From: Sphyrna mokarran
Lineage: Eukaryota
Direction: 5' to 3'
Length of the DNA stretch: 64,000 nucleotides
Assembly: GCA_024679065.1 (NCBI GenBank)
Contig: JAGIQG010000009.1
Coordinates: 99,262,001 to 99,326,000 of the forward strand
Shown: piece by piece, positions 63,231 to 64,000 of the stretch
How the letters are laid out: every line of letters starts with the position of its first letter
Position numbering within the stretch: position 1 is the stretch's first letter
Notes under the pieces: model-generated
Databases searched by the model: none
What the model was told of the DNA's origin: nothing
Seen by the model: only the letters and a program-made list of their open reading frames with translations
Program-made: the position numbers and the translations under genes

Positions 63231-64000
63231 TAAAAATATTTTGATTCTGTGTTGAAAATTTTACATTTGGCATGTAATATTAATTGATCAGAAATTGTTG
63301 ACTGATGACATTTGAAAGTTTGATCATGTTTATTTCTTTAACTGGAAAACTGCTCTTAGACGGTTGCGATATCCAGATGAATCTAAATTTGCTCAACTAG
63401 GTCAATATATTTTCCTTGTATCACTATATTAATCAGTATAGACAAAAGGCAGATAATTAGAGTTGTGGAGAATATAAGTTGTTGTTGGATTCTATGGCTA
63501 AACAGCGTATAACACCCCAGTGATCTATTCCTACTCCGATCTCCCTTTCGGTATTTCATTGTTCCTTGCAGTTTTTTGACGAAAATTCGTGTGTTCCATT
63601 CCAGGCAACTACTGAGTCCACTTTCTGGTGATCAATGTGTCTACGTTAGTCAGATTTGCAAAAGGCCTCCGAGACTGATTGACTCATTGACCAGTTGAAA
63701 ATCATTTACATATTCTGCATGCAATTACTGCAACAAACAGCTACTCCTGGGTAAGATACTCTTTCTGTGAGTTGGTGCAGACGTGATGGACCGAATTGCA
63801 GCCTTCTGCACTGTCGGGCTTCTATGGCTATATGATTCTACAATGTGATACTATTGAACTTCTGAAACAGTTTTACTCAGCGGAACTCTTAGCTAAAGCA
63901 ACAAATTCTTGCTCCACAAATTTCAATTCTATCCTGAAGAATTTTTTGTCTTTCTAAATATGAAAATCCACATAACATCTGCGCTTGTTCATATTACATT

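Noticed and set aside
1-64000. CRISPR arrays, rRNA/tRNA genes or prokaryotic systems
   Set aside because: None seen; tRNA-like boxes all belong to SINE heads and the DNA is eukaryotic intron/repeat sequence.

Overview
AT-rich, repeat-dense vertebrate genomic DNA, most likely from a shark or other cartilaginous fish. This is inferred from the repeat complement: HE1/V-SINE-like tRNA SINEs, HER1/CR1 LINEs, L2, Rex1/Babar and Penelope-like elements. The supplied ORF track is almost entirely decayed transposon or chance ORFs. The main signal it misses is a minus-strand gene built almost wholly from about 20 symmetric phase-1 microexons (6-39 nt, mostly 15/21/24/27 nt), spread from 56854 down to 9863. 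Spliced in genomic order they give a stop-free, mostly coiled-coil-like peptide: (E)YQKAMRDA-KLELQSKEF-ETLLSRKEK-GISSD-TTGAP-NEIIAELKA-VAGISSKEQ-ETDMADKTT-RVLTN-(PI)-RILQKCI-[48-aa exon?]-KEPLKK-ENERLRLQL-VQKIKEVA-DLRKKLSPDTETT-TPTGEKAP-GTSLEDVTQ-ERDALQVKL-AETLKTLN-DLKKKVKA-GIDPKCK. No start, terminal exon or diagnostic domain was found in the window, so the gene is unnamed; the architecture recalls butyrophilin/chicken BG heptad-exon tails and schistosome micro-exon genes. The window also has a tandem exon-plus-intron duplication, candidate poison exons, Penelope termini with hammerhead-ribozyme-like cores (one a ~200-bp fold-back), nested insertions and a 148-N gap. All calls were made by eye with no transcript or database evidence, and repeat boundaries are approximate.
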